Both the position numbers and the translations under genes were made by a program. The notes under the pieces are model-generated. The model saw only the letters and a program-made list of their open reading frames with translations, made no database searches and was not told where the DNA came from. From a virus, in the IMG/VR virus record IMGVR_UViG_3300009169_000001, positions 1 to 64,000 of that record: a DNA stretch of 64,000 bases, one strand, 5' to 3'. This document shows, piece after piece, positions 10,728-21,593 of this stretch (within the stretch, counting starts at the first letter, position 1; every line of letters starts with the position of its first letter).

Positions 10728-13700
10728 CGCTACGCTGGTACCTACGGGGCTGGATACGAGTGCCGTAGGTACTACCTTTACGACTTCCTCCGGGACTTTG
10801 GCAGATTCATGGCAGCTGCTGGATGATTACGCCGGGGGCGGGTCAGCTGACACAACCACCTACATTGCGTTCTCTGGTACCACGAGTTCGTCTGCCCAAT
10901 ACAACTGGATTTCCTTCGACACCGTTTTTCCCGAAGATTTTGCGGGCACGGAGACGGGGTCTCAATACCAGATGGTCCTTCATCGACGGTGTCTCAGCTA
11001 CAGTAACGACGTCACGGGGTATTATTTCGGCCTAGTTTTTCCGGGCAGCCAAGCGGATGACAGCGCTCGAACCTTATCGCCCGTAGTGACGTGGCCCGCC
11101 AGCTTTAGCGCCCTGAATTCCGACTGGGAAGAGTACATCTACGGCAACCCGTTTAACACAGACTCCACCATGAATGGCTACACCGAGGAGGAATGGCGAA
11201 GCTGTAAGATACTCCTTGGAGCCCGCAGGCAGGTGTCCATGGGAGACGACGGCTCTTCAACGCAATTTAGTGCCGTAAAAATACGCCTACTCAATTACAA
11301 GCTGAAGGTAGTAGGCCCTACCGTAACCCCTACCACGGGCGCACTGAGGGTGACGGGAAACACCCCGACGTGGGAGGCGGTTGATACTATATTCGAGCCA
11401 GCCACCGGAAGTATTGTTGTCGCAGGCAACACACCACAAGTGTTTCCAGTACTTCCTCAGACGGGTGCAATTAATGTCACTGGCGGCGTTCCGATCCATA
11501 CCGGGGGGAGTGTCTTTGCGGTGCCCATGACGGGGGATCTGCAGGCCACAGGGAACGTCCCTGTGTTCTCAGCCCCTATCAGCCCGGTATATAGCGCTCC
11601 TCTGATGGTGGCCGACTGGATCGGGCAGCCCACCGGCGGCGAGTATGGGCACTTCTACTGCTGGGTCCACTGGAACCCGGAGCAGACGTACTTTCAGGCG
11701 GATAGGATGTACTCCATTCGCATGCAGAGTGGGCAGTATTCCAACACCCGTTATATTTACACGTTGGACGCGCACTACGCGGACAACTATACGAACGGCG
11801 GATCGCCCACCGCCTTTTTCACGGTGTCTGACCTCGGGTACAGGGAGACGGCTTTTGAGGGGGAGGGCTCCGTGCCTCCGGGTTGGCAGCTGAACAACCG
11901 GGACGGCTCAGGTACTTATGCGGGCTCCACCGGAATCTGTCATTACTCCAGCTACAACGGTGGCCGGGTAGGCCAGTACGCCTGCCTTAGCGTCATCGGG
12001 CACGTGACAACGTCCTCTGCCACGGACATGGAATGGCACCACACGGTCGTTAAGAACGGGCTATTGGAGGATACCAACTACCAAGTGGAAGTGGGCCCTG
12101 TGCCGTGGTATGACGCCAACGGAGACCCCGAGAACTGGGTAGGGAACTTCTACGGGCGTGACGTGCACAACGACGTCGGCTACCTTCTGGGCCTGAAGGT
12201 GGTGGGCGCTGACACCGTGCCCGCCATCTACAAGTGGACAGGTAACGCCACGTGGGATGCAGGCACTGCGATTTTGGTGAGTGCAGACGAGTCTGTTGAT
12301 TTTGTTACCAAGATTATCGGCTGGTGCCGTGCAGACCCCGCGAATCGGGACCGCTACTACGCGGTAGTTACCACCGAGACCATTGCCGGGGCGTTCCTCA
12401 AGTTCAAGGTGATTGCCGTTGACCTGACCAACATCGCGGGCTACACCATCCTTATCAACGAGAACACTATCCACGGCAAGGGCACGTGGCAGCTAAGTGG
12501 GGAAGGCACCGGGAAGGCCTACAGCAACAATATCACGCCTCAGGGAGTGTATCGGCAAGGCACCACAAGCGCTGAGGAGAGGTGCGTGCCGCTCACTCGT
12601 GGAGGGAACAATTACTTTCTGTTCCGCACCAACTCGATCGCGGACGTGAAGGGCTACACCAAGTTCCAGATGAACGCAAACTGGTTGACGGCTCCGGCGC
12701 TGACGCACATCCCGGCGAATCTGCAGGTAACTCTGCCCAGCATGCCTACCAGCAACCACGACATGCACAACCACCTGCAGCACGCTGTAATCTATAACCC
12801 GGACACCGACAAGCTCATCGCTGGGGTGATCTCCCATGATTTTTGGTGGGATGAATTCACATCTACCCGCGAACCGGGCGGGACGCAGGGGGAAGACACG
12901 AAACTGTACTTCCACTGGTCATGGCGCGACCTAGATGATCCCACGGGTAGCTTCACCCCTTACGAGTATATCTTCCGCGTTGGTGCGTACTTGTCCAACT
13001 ACTGGGGCGGGGGCAGCCTGTACACCCGGAACTGGGGTGTCAACCCTCAGACCGGGGACCCCTTTGGTGTGATGGGCTATGCAGGGGCGATAGGCCCCTC
13101 CTTTGGCGACTTTGCGCAGGTGTCGTTCCTCATTAGGCCTCAAGCCGCACGGCTGGAATACAACAATCCAGATGTGGCGCTGAACCTAACCATGGACATG
13201 TATCACGACACGATACCGTTCATCGCCTGTGGGGCCCGGCTGGCGATCAAGATCTTCCCCAACATGAACCTGAGCACCAGTATGGTGGGGTCCTGCGCCA
13301 CACAGCTTGGTAGCAGCTACACATTCACCGGTCGGTATGAGCTGGAGGCGGCGGGTGAGTTGGTTCCGCTGTCGCTAGACATGAATCTGGAGCCGCTCAT
13401 CACGGTGACGTTGCCGACCGACGGCCTGATAGAACTGCTGCTAGACATGAATCTGGACGTGGATTCGTTCAACATCACCATCGCGGAGGAAGTCCATCAG
13501 ACGGTAGTACGATTTTTCCCAACGTACTGGGTAAGCACGGCCCAGTCATGGAGCGATGACCTCCGCGCACTGGTGAACATCCGCAGGGCAGGTTTGGGCC
13601 TTGAGCTGTACGACGACATCCTGCTGGTGAGCAATGGTCGACTGCTCTACAACCAGAAAGGGTTTGACGCCATCCAGTTGCACGCCAAAGACATGCGTGC

Positions 13701-16389
13701 CAATAACCTACTGGATGTTAACAATGTCCTCTACACGGATGGGTATGAGACCATCACGGACCGCTGCTACATTCAAATGAACGTGTCCTTCGGCATCCAA
13801 ACGGCTGTTACCGCCGCGTTGATAGGGGCCAGTGAGAACGGACGCATCATCTCCGATGACACGATGCCCTCCGCCAATTACCTCTGGACCACCGGTGGCT
13901 GGGAAACCCTGCTTGCGGCGCTTTGGGATTATGATTACGGAGTAGGTAAGACAGAACTCTACCTGCAGCTAGGCATAGACTTCGGGCCCCGCACGGGGTA
14001 CGCCGACGTGAACCGGATCTATTTCTCTTTCGCCGGGACGGACTACACCAGTAAGGTCTACGAGCAGTACGGCGGTGGCGGGGGTCCTCCCGGTGGCGGT
14101 GGCGGTAGTGTAGTTACGACACCCTACACCAACACGAAGACGTTCCGGGCCGACTATGTTCTGATGGGGCATGAATACGTCGAAGCGATCATTGACGCGA
14201 TCAACGTCTATCGGGCGGATAACGGCTTGCCGGGATTCCCTTACCCGGACTTCGCTTTCTACCAGAAGTACGACAAGAAGATTGCGGAGCGGCACTCACA
14301 GAACGTCCTCGACACGCAGGTGGTCAACCACGAGTCGTTGAGCTTCCCGGTAGGCTGGCAGTACTTCTTTGCGGACCGCCTGCCCTATGCCGGGTACGGC
14401 AGCCAGTCCTCAGAGATTATCGCCATAGGCAATGCTGACCCGGTCTACGACCCAGCTAATCCGGGCGTGTATGCGATCCAGCAGTCGATCCTCAACCAGT
14501 ACACCATCATGGAGCCCGAAGCCATTGCGGAGGCGTTCTACCTGAGCCCACCCCACAGGGCAGCCATGTTGTATGATTGGCAGGGTGGGGACCCTAAATG
14601 GCCTGAAGTGGGCACCCGGTGGGAAAAATTCCCGGCAAACACGCTCTTTTCTGATACCTATCACGGAGTAGCGTTTTACGTTACGGGGTGGTACCAAGTA
14701 ACCACAATCGTCATCGCGCAGGCGGGCATTGGCATGGCAACAAAGTATTTTAATGGTACGTGGACGTTGAACGGTGCGTTCATCAACCAATTGACGGCGG
14801 ACTGGGACCTGCTCTGCTACACCAATGCGACCCAACAGCACACTGCACCGTACTCCATCAAGGTGGGGCGGCAGCATGATGCGCCCTACACCTCCCGCGT
14901 CGGCGCAGCCCACGTGGCTCCGCTGCACTACTCGGTAACCTTTCAGCATGAGGCCCCCTACCACGCATTGGTGCCCGCCTTGGCTCAACACGAATCACCT
15001 TATCGTATCCGGAACACGGTGGACGTGGTGCGGCAGCATGAGGCCCTGTACGGACAGAACACCTTCGCGTGGCACGAGGCACCCTACGATGTGTCGGTGG
15101 TGGTCATGGCCTCCCACGAAGCACCGTGGGGGCAGGGCGTCATTGTAAAGGCCTACCATGAAGGGGTTTACGGGGTGCAAGCCGCAGTGGCGGCCCAGCA
15201 CTCTGCCGAGTGGTTCAACACTACCCCCGTGAAACGGCAGCACGAGGCTCGCTGGGACATCACGACCGTCAACCCGGTGAGGGCCCAGAATGTCGCATTC
15301 TACTCCCTGCTTGGTGGATCCACGGTCAAGATGGGGGGTGGAGTGACATTAATTGCACAGGGCCACTCCATCGAGCTGGAAGACTTGGTGGTCAACCAGA
15401 GCGAAGACGACCCGGCGTGGCATTGCCGCGCTAGGATCCCCGACGTGGCGGATTACATACTGCTGACACGTGGGATGCCGGTAGTGGTGAGCCTGCAGGG
15501 CGAGACGTGGAATCTGATCGTGAACAGCACCTCCCTGTCGCGGGACGCCAATGGTTTGGATATGCAGGTGACTTTGGAAAGCAGCATCGTGAACCTGATG
15601 CAGCCCATCGCCGAGGTCTCTGATTACACCTCAGCGGTCAGCATCAATGCCAAGGCCCTCGTGGAGCAGATACTGGGGCAGGCTGTGGACTGGGATATCC
15701 TCGACTGGAGTATCCCGGCTGGGCGCTTTGTGGTGAACGGCAGCACGCCCTACGAGGCGGCAGCTGTGGTGGCGCAGGCCGCAGGCGGCATCATCCAAGC
15801 CAAGAAGGACGGCACCTTGCGCGTGCGCTACCGCTACCCGGTGGGCATGAATCAGTTGGCTAATTTCCCCCCGGACCAGATCCTAACCGACGAAGTCGAC
15901 AACCTGAGCGCAGACGTGAGCTACGAGTACCGCACCGGGTACAACCGCTTCCGGATTACTGAAGCCAGCTCCACGTTTAACGACCGTCTGGATTGGCAGC
16001 CGGAAGAGACCGATCCCACCAAGGGCTACCTCCGGGCGTTCCTCTCGCCATGGCGTGCGACGTACGACCTGATCTACACCGACAGTGATGGCCCCGTCTC
16101 GAAATCCTTCCGAGGAACATTTACGGAAGAGCTAACTGAGGTAGTATCGTTTACTAGCGGTAGCGGTGGGGTTCGATACCCGATCGACAGCCTAGTGAGC
16201 GTGGCATGGTTGTCCGACCCTCTGGGCACCCCGACGTTCGACCTGCAGAGCACCAGTCTGACAACGGGGGTGTCCGTCCATGAAGGGTACGGTCTCGCCG
16301 AGATCACGTACGTGACTAAGTTTCAGGGCTACTACCTGACTGGGATCTTGGGTAACCAAGCTCAGTTCATTATCCAGAACGAGGAGTAA
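10720..16389 (+). CDS. Large multidomain central tail-tip/hub protein with CAP domain and His repeats
   Basis: 1889 aa; CAP-like segment (INVYRADNGLP..AERHS..SPPHRAAML); 11 HxAPY-like repeats; C-terminal hub-like region (DW.IPAG...AQAAGGIIQ...DGTLRVRYRYP). Confidence 0.7.
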   Translation: MADATLVPTGLDTSAVGTTFTTSSGTLADSWQLLDDYAGGGSADTTTYIAFSGTTSSSAQYNWISFDTVFPEDFAGTETGSQYQMVLHRRCLSYSNDVTGYYFGLVFPGSQADDSARTLSPVVTWPASFSALNSDWEEYIYGNPFNTDSTMNGYTEEEWRSCKILLGARRQVSMGDDGSSTQFSAVKIRLLNYKLKVVGPTVTPTTGALRVTGNTPTWEAVDTIFEPATGSIVVAGNTPQVFPVLPQTGAINVTGGVPIHTGGSVFAVPMTGDLQATGNVPVFSAPISPVYSAPLMVADWIGQPTGGEYGHFYCWVHWNPEQTYFQADRMYSIRMQSGQYSNTRYIYTLDAHYADNYTNGGSPTAFFTVSDLGYRETAFEGEGSVPPGWQLNNRDGSGTYAGSTGICHYSSYNGGRVGQYACLSVIGHVTTSSATDMEWHHTVVKNGLLEDTNYQVEVGPVPWYDANGDPENWVGNFYGRDVHNDVGYLLGLKVVGADTVPAIYKWTGNATWDAGTAILVSADESVDFVTKIIGWCRADPANRDRYYAVVTTETIAGAFLKFKVIAVDLTNIAGYTILINENTIHGKGTWQLSGEGTGKAYSNNITPQGVYRQGTTSAEERCVPLTRGGNNYFLFRTNSIADVKGYTKFQMNANWLTAPALTHIPANLQVTLPSMPTSNHDMHNHLQHAVIYNPDTDKLIAGVISHDFWWDEFTSTREPGGTQGEDTKLYFHWSWRDLDDPTGSFTPYEYIFRVGAYLSNYWGGGSLYTRNWGVNPQTGDPFGVMGYAGAIGPSFGDFAQVSFLIRPQAARLEYNNPDVALNLTMDMYHDTIPFIACGARLAIKIFPNMNLSTSMVGSCATQLGSSYTFTGRYELEAAGELVPLSLDMNLEPLITVTLPTDGLIELLLDMNLDVDSFNITIAEEVHQTVVRFFPTYWVSTAQSWSDDLRALVNIRRAGLGLELYDDILLVSNGRLLYNQKGFDAIQLHAKDMRANNLLDVNNVLYTDGYETITDRCYIQMNVSFGIQTAVTAALIGASENGRIISDDTMPSANYLWTTGGWETLLAALWDYDYGVGKTELYLQLGIDFGPRTGYADVNRIYFSFAGTDYTSKVYEQYGGGGGPPGGGGGSVVTTPYTNTKTFRADYVLMGHEYVEAIIDAINVYRADNGLPGFPYPDFAFYQKYDKKIAERHSQNVLDTQVVNHESLSFPVGWQYFFADRLPYAGYGSQSSEIIAIGNADPVYDPANPGVYAIQQSILNQYTIMEPEAIAEAFYLSPPHRAAMLYDWQGGDPKWPEVGTRWEKFPANTLFSDTYHGVAFYVTGWYQVTTIVIAQAGIGMATKYFNGTWTLNGAFINQLTADWDLLCYTNATQQHTAPYSIKVGRQHDAPYTSRVGAAHVAPLHYSVTFQHEAPYHALVPALAQHESPYRIRNTVDVVRQHEALYGQNTFAWHEAPYDVSVVVMASHEAPWGQGVIVKAYHEGVYGVQAAVAAQHSAEWFNTTPVKRQHEARWDITTVNPVRAQNVAFYSLLGGSTVKMGGGVTLIAQGHSIELEDLVVNQSEDDPAWHCRARIPDVADYILLTRGMPVVVSLQGETWNLIVNSTSLSRDANGLDMQVTLESSIVNLMQPIAEVSDYTSAVSINAKALVEQILGQAVDWDILDWSIPAGRFVVNGSTPYEAAAVVAQAAGGIIQAKKDGTLRVRYRYPVGMNQLANFPPDQILTDEVDNLSADVSYEYRTGYNRFRITEASSTFNDRLDWQPEETDPTKGYLRAFLSPWRATYDLIYTDSDGPVSKSFRGTFTEELTEVVSFTSGSGGVRYPIDSLVSVAWLSDPLGTPTFDLQSTSLTTGVSVHEGYGLAEITYVTKFQGYYLTGILGNQAQFIIQNEE

Positions 16390-16392
16390 ACC

Positions 16393-16893
16393 ATGGCAGG
16401 CGCAGTAACGACCAGTCTTGTAGTGCAGTTCGGCAGCTTGACGGATTCGTCCAGCTATTACCTCTCGGCGGAGATCGATTCCCGGCCCACCGGCAAGAAC
16501 AAAGGGGTCACCTCGTTCCTACCGGGCGACTCACCGTACTACATCGTGTACAAAAGCGCCGCCTTGTCCTTGGCTATCACACAGAGCACCGGGTCCAGTT
16601 CCGCGAAGGGGTACGAGGATATTGATCAGGAGGAGTACATCATCTTCGCCAATGAGAACAAGAAGTCTCTCGGTAAAACGCCGCAGGGAACTGTGACCCT
16701 GAAGTACCTTGCGGGTGTGGCTGGGGCGACGGTTAAGGGTACCGATGTGGTCCTACCCAGCTCTGGGGTAGGGGTCTACATCGCCACGTACAAGGCGCGA
16801 GGGTACCTCTACCAGATGACCGGGATCCCTACGACCTTGGAAGGTGAGACATCCTTCCCCGTGGTGGCCGTCATCGTGGGTACTGCCGCATGA
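16393..16893 (+). CDS. Tail-tip associated protein
   Basis: RBS GAGGAG; beta-rich 166 aa following the hub gene. Confidence 0.6.
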   Translation: MAGAVTTSLVVQFGSLTDSSSYYLSAEIDSRPTGKNKGVTSFLPGDSPYYIVYKSAALSLAITQSTGSSSAKGYEDIDQEEYIIFANENKKSLGKTPQGTVTLKYLAGVAGATVKGTDVVLPSSGVGVYIATYKARGYLYQMTGIPTTLEGETSFPVVAVIVGTAA

Positions 16894-17186
16894 TCGATAT
16901 CACGGTGATCCGGGGCGAGGGGCTGAACCCCGGTGAGGATATCGTTGACGTCCTGTGCGCGACTGAAGCCGTTGCCATTCAGCGCGGCAGGAACGCGGTG
17001 GACGCCAACGCCAAGATCACCCCCGTGCGTCTGCAGACCGTGTACCGTGCGGGGCTGGAGACCGGGCAGACCGTACAGGTACTGGACTCCTTGCAGGGCG
17101 AGGCATGGCTGGGCAAGATTGTGGACGTGAGCCTTGCGGTTGAGGGGCCGGTCCTGTCGGCAACCTTGGAAGTGGAGAAAGTATGA
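16890..17186 (+). CDS. Tail-tip associated protein
   Basis: ATGA overlap, 98 aa. Confidence 0.55.
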   Translation: MIDITVIRGEGLNPGEDIVDVLCATEAVAIQRGRNAVDANAKITPVRLQTVYRAGLETGQTVQVLDSLQGEAWLGKIVDVSLAVEGPVLSATLEVEKV

Positions 17187-17419
17187 GCAAGATCTCAAAG
17201 AAGCTGGCCAAAATTGTGTCTACGGAGAATCCGGTATCACGGGGCAAGGTCACCCAGATCAGTGACACCTCGATCTTCGTATCGACCCGGTTCGGGGTGA
17301 AGGAGTTCCAAGTGGACTCACCGTCCTCGTACAAGGTTGGGTCCGACGTCAAGTTCCAAGGCAACACTTTTCTGGGCAAGCTCCCAGCCCTTACTGAGAG
17401 CCGAGTCCACGTAGTATGA
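17183..17419 (+). CDS. Small OB-fold-like tail-tip protein
   Basis: ATGA overlap; GKVTQI..SIFV...YKVGSDV beta pattern. Confidence 0.5.
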   Translation: MSKISKKLAKIVSTENPVSRGKVTQISDTSIFVSTRFGVKEFQVDSPSSYKVGSDVKFQGNTFLGKLPALTESRVHVV

Positions 17420-20073
17420 CCACCTATTACTTGGACCTGTGGAACGGGGGTGACGGTAATTCGGGCTTGTCGTTTGCAAATGCCAAGAAAACCTTTGCCG
17501 CTGCAGCCGCCCTTGCCGTAGAGGGGGATACGATACGGATGGCGAAGACCGGGTCCTTGACCGCACTGCCGGGGACGTGGAGCACGGGCACGTCCACAGG
17601 CGTGAAGCCCAAGATGACCGGGAACTCCAGTCTGGGGATCAAGACGATCTTCGCCGGGTTCGGCGGCAGCGCTGTCAACGTACCGACGGTTACATCGTTC
17701 AACACGTATACGCACACTATCGGCGCTTCCGCCCTGTGGCAGCCCCCGATAGACACCAGTACGGTTAATGGCGGCATAGGCACCACATACCACGGCGTAT
17801 CCGTGGGCACGGCGGGGACCCCCGCCACCAATACGAAGACTGCGGTGTTCGCCCTGCCTGCAGCCCAAGATCTCTCGGCCTACGACACGCTGTGCATCTG
17901 GATGTCCAACAACACCCAGAACGTGCAGGCCAATAACAGCTTTCGGGTAGCCCTATGCTCCGACACTGCAGGTAACACGATCGTCGAAGACTGGCCTTTG
18001 GATTTCCCCGTGAACTGCCTGAATGGGTACTGGTTCCGGCTGCCCACGGTGAACGCCGATCTTGGGGCCACGATCAACTCCGTTGCGATCTATACCGGGG
18101 CCTCGGTGCCTCCGGTGGGCACCAAGCTCTTTTGGGGCGCGTACGCGGTGGACTCCACCACCGCCCCCTGCATGCCGGGGGACTATATCTACAGCCCCAC
18201 CCATAAAATGTGGTGGCCTCTGCAGATTGTCCTCAACGGCGACACCGCCACCCCGGAGATGTACCGGGGTGTGAACGGCGACATCACCAACGTCCAAGGG
18301 GAAACCCTGTCCGTGATAAAGCGGAGGCCACACCTAACGCTGGCGGACTTCGGGGCTCTTGGGCAGGCCGACGTGATCGCTGGGTTTGATTGTAACTCCG
18401 CTACCCTCTTCAACAACGTGACGGTTAGAGGAGGGTACAACACGGCGACTAATGTCGTTGACGGCCTGACTTTCTGGGATGCCGGGCCCGAGAACAAGGG
18501 TACCTATTCCCGTGGTCTCTTCATGTCTGTACTTCCGGGCAAGGATTTCAACTGGGAGAATTTGTTTATCGTCGGCGGGCATGGGTGCTTCCCAAATAGC
18601 CCCGACCAAACGGCCAGCACACGGACCTTCAATTACACGAACTGCGGCTGCATAGCGTCGAGGTGGACCCGGACAGCGTCGAATATACGCTTCGGCAACT
18701 GCACATGGACCAACTGCTTCTCCGACTGGTATGACTCTCTCGGCTACATCTACCAGTCCACCGTCGAAGCCTCGGGCACCCTAACCTTCACGGACTGTAC
18801 GTTCGCCATGCACTACTGGGTGAAGGCCCGGTGGTATCTGGTGTACAACAATTGCCGGTTCTTCACCTCTAACGGGTCCGGCACCGCGTTCGGGCACGAT
18901 CAGGGGGGTGCGTATGTCACCATGAACGACTGCAGGATCTACGCCACCGGCATCTGGTATTGGAATACCACGGGGTTGACGTCCTATGACGGGACCACCA
19001 AGCTCGGAGGTGTCCGGGGGTCTGGCAATATCCAGTACGGCTCCTACATGAACGTCACGATGAATATAGGGTCCGTGTTCGAGGGGTGGACCCTACAGCA
19101 ACTGGATGGCAGCGGGAACGGCAACGTGATTTTCAACGGGGCCGGGACGTTCTTCCAGTCTGGCGGCTACAAGGTGAAGAACTGCCACTTCCTGACCCCC
19201 ATGAGCACCGCCGCCAACCTGAACAATATCTTGTTTGAGGGGTGCACTATCTACTGGGTAGACACCCAGATCGTTGACCGCCTCCAGAACGAAGAGACCA
19301 TCTACAAGGATTGCACTCTGGGCCGGGACGTGGACACAGGTATCGTGTACTTTGACGTGCGGGGTACCGTTCGGCTGTACAACTGCACTCTCAGGCGGGT
19401 CCAGTTCCGGCGTAGGACGTCGACCGCAGCCCGCGTCATCATGATCGGCGGGCAGCATTTGGGTACGGGCCACGTCCCGCTCTACCTGACGGACAACGCG
19501 ACCTACTACGGGCCGTGGGGCATTCGGATGCACAACGTCACCTTCCAAGAAGACCTGACCGCCCAGATGGCAAGTGCGCCTACCACGGGGACCTACTTCA
19601 GGCCATACTTCGATGACACTGGGGATGGGTGGCTTACCGTTTCGGCCTACAACAAGGTGCCCACGGACACCCGGATGTGGAGCCCCACCATGACCGCTGC
19701 AACCAGCAACACGGTGGTGCGTACCCCCGGAGGCAAGTCATGGCTGGTGTCCACTGGCACGTTCCACACGGCCTACGAGGACATTGACCAGTGGGTCATA
19801 GCACGGGTAGCGGTGAGATCCGGGTACTCACTGACGGCCAAGTGTTATGTCTACGCCAACAACGAGATGTACGCCATGCTCAAGGCCAACGGAGGGCAGG
19901 TGGGGACCATGACCGCCAAGCGGGTGTCCAGCACGTACTTGCTCACCCAGTGGGAGGAGCTGAGCCTTACGTTCACTCCTGATGCCGATGGCGTGATAGA
20001 GTTCTACCTCACGTTCTCGGGTGCCGCGAACAGATCCATGTACATCGACGATTTCAGTTTCATTCAGACATAG
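17416..20073 (+). CDS. Tailspike-like beta-helix protein with C-terminal carbohydrate-binding-like domain
   Basis: TYYLD...G.D.NSGLSFANAKKT N-terminus; repeated F/Y-x-N/D-C-x stacks; WEELSLTFTP..DG.IE..YIDDFS C-terminus. Confidence 0.7.
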   Translation: MTTYYLDLWNGGDGNSGLSFANAKKTFAAAAALAVEGDTIRMAKTGSLTALPGTWSTGTSTGVKPKMTGNSSLGIKTIFAGFGGSAVNVPTVTSFNTYTHTIGASALWQPPIDTSTVNGGIGTTYHGVSVGTAGTPATNTKTAVFALPAAQDLSAYDTLCIWMSNNTQNVQANNSFRVALCSDTAGNTIVEDWPLDFPVNCLNGYWFRLPTVNADLGATINSVAIYTGASVPPVGTKLFWGAYAVDSTTAPCMPGDYIYSPTHKMWWPLQIVLNGDTATPEMYRGVNGDITNVQGETLSVIKRRPHLTLADFGALGQADVIAGFDCNSATLFNNVTVRGGYNTATNVVDGLTFWDAGPENKGTYSRGLFMSVLPGKDFNWENLFIVGGHGCFPNSPDQTASTRTFNYTNCGCIASRWTRTASNIRFGNCTWTNCFSDWYDSLGYIYQSTVEASGTLTFTDCTFAMHYWVKARWYLVYNNCRFFTSNGSGTAFGHDQGGAYVTMNDCRIYATGIWYWNTTGLTSYDGTTKLGGVRGSGNIQYGSYMNVTMNIGSVFEGWTLQQLDGSGNGNVIFNGAGTFFQSGGYKVKNCHFLTPMSTAANLNNILFEGCTIYWVDTQIVDRLQNEETIYKDCTLGRDVDTGIVYFDVRGTVRLYNCTLRRVQFRRRTSTAARVIMIGGQHLGTGHVPLYLTDNATYYGPWGIRMHNVTFQEDLTAQMASAPTTGTYFRPYFDDTGDGWLTVSAYNKVPTDTRMWSPTMTAATSNTVVRTPGGKSWLVSTGTFHTAYEDIDQWVIARVAVRSGYSLTAKCYVYANNEMYAMLKANGGQVGTMTAKRVSSTYLLTQWEELSLTFTPDADGVIEFYLTFSGAANRSMYIDDFSFIQT

Positions 20074-20083
20074 AGGGTAGGGT

Positions 20084-20527
20084 ATGGCCGCTGGGCAATG
20101 GTTAGTACACAACAAGGCAATGGAGAAGCTGCTTCGGGCCACACTGGATCTGGACAGCCATACCTTCGTTGCTCGCCTCTACACCTCCGCGTCGGATGTC
20201 CACACACTGGCGAACAACGACGCCTCGACGGCGACGAACGAGCTGGGCACCGCCAACGGTTATACGGCAGGGGGCACCCCGGTCACTTTGACGGTTACGG
20301 AAACCACGGGTACGAGCAAGGTGGACTTCTCGACCATCCAGTGGACAGCTAGTGGCTCGGGGATCGTTGCTCGGTATTGTGCGGTGGTCAGTACGACCGC
20401 CACGCCGGATGAGATTTTGTGTTCCGTAGTACTAGATGCCACTCCCGCAGACGTGACTGCCCCTTCGGGGACCCTGTTCACTGTAGCCAACCCCACCGGC
20501 GGTGCCTTTACCCTTGCCCGAGTGTAA
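20084..20527 (+). CDS. Small tail-fibre/adaptor-family structural protein
   Basis: Close paralog of 29753..30202 (W.VH.K..E.L, GYT, WTA.G..IVARY.AVV, CS..LD.TP). Confidence 0.65.
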   Translation: MAAGQWLVHNKAMEKLLRATLDLDSHTFVARLYTSASDVHTLANNDASTATNELGTANGYTAGGTPVTLTVTETTGTSKVDFSTIQWTASGSGIVARYCAVVSTTATPDEILCSVVLDATPADVTAPSGTLFTVANPTGGAFTLARV

Positions 20528-20580
20528 TTGGTACAGAGGTTCACAGGCTGGTACGATTGATTTAATTTTGGAGGGTAACC

Positions 20581-20880
20581 ATGGCTACCGATAACGTTTC
20601 TGCAGCTAGTTGGAGCAAGAAGATCGTCGTAACTGCAGACGGTACGACGACTTACTTGGTGCCGACGATTGCGTCCAAGATGGGCGTCTGCGTCACCGCG
20701 ACAACTGGCGCTATTGCTATCTCCAAGACTCTTGGTAGCCCCGACCGGATCAAGGCCGGGACTGCCATTTGGACGGTTGTTACCCAGACCTCTGGGGAGG
20801 CCACCATTGACATGCCTGTGTCCGCCATACGTGTAGTTGGGAGCGGTGGTGCGGCGGGCGAAGTTTTTCTGATCCAGTAG
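20581..20880 (+). CDS. Hypothetical (probably virion) protein
   Basis: RBS GGAGGG, 99 aa beta-rich. Confidence 0.6.
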   Translation: MATDNVSAASWSKKIVVTADGTTTYLVPTIASKMGVCVTATTGAIAISKTLGSPDRIKAGTAIWTVVTQTSGEATIDMPVSAIRVVGSGGAAGEVFLIQ

Positions 20881-20937
20881 CCTAGTTACTGGCGTGGCGT
20901 TGGTGGGTAACCCTGCCTAAAACTAGGGATGTTGTGA

Positions 20938-21219
20938 ATGGATATGCAGGTACTGTTTAACTTGGCCTGTGGAGCTGCTGGGACGTTGATGGGAATTATG
21001 TTGAATCGACTCTGGACTACCGTAGACCACCTTGCCGAAACCGACATGAAATTGGCGGATAAGGTACAGAACATTGAGCTGCTGGTTGCGGGGCGGTATG
21101 TGACCCGACCAGAGCTAGAAGGAATGGAACACCGGTTGGTAACGCGGCTAGATATGATCTGGCACGAGGTCAAAAACAAGGCTGATAAGCCGCTGAACGG
21201 CATGAGTGGTGGTGCGTGA
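20938..21219 (+). CDS. Single-TM holin/antiholin-like membrane protein
   Basis: N-terminal TM helix plus coiled coil ending KADK; first gene of the lysis cassette. Confidence 0.5.
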   Translation: MDMQVLFNLACGAAGTLMGIMLNRLWTTVDHLAETDMKLADKVQNIELLVAGRYVTRPELEGMEHRLVTRLDMIWHEVKNKADKPLNGMSGGA

Positions 21220-21593
21220 GAACTGAATTGCTCAGCGGTATTTGGCAGGACGCAAAAGTACGGTTAGGCCATGCGTGGGCTATCGCAGCGCCCAGAATTA
21301 AGCCCTACGCTGCGGTGTCGTTGTTGGCCCTCGCAGGCGTTTGGGGGTGGCGAGAGTTCGTAGAGCCTGATGCGATGCTTGCCGCCGCAGCGGTGATGAT
21401 CGGGCAAGACCTTTTTAAAGCGACAGCCGGAGTGGTGATGGTATGGGGCACACTGAAGTTTCTGGACAACCACATTGAAAACGATTCGTTCGCACAGACC
21501 TTCGCAACGGCTTCTTCCACACTCAAGATGGTCTATTTTACTGGCCGCTTTGTTGGTGTTTGCCTCCTTTACGGTATGGTCCTTTCAGGATAA
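21216..21593 (+). CDS. Putative holin
   Basis: Three hydrophobic segments; overlaps the endolysin gene. Confidence 0.55.
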   Translation: MRTELLSGIWQDAKVRLGHAWAIAAPRIKPYAAVSLLALAGVWGWREFVEPDAMLAAAAVMIGQDLFKATAGVVMVWGTLKFLDNHIENDSFAQTFATASSTLKMVYFTGRFVGVCLLYGMVLSG

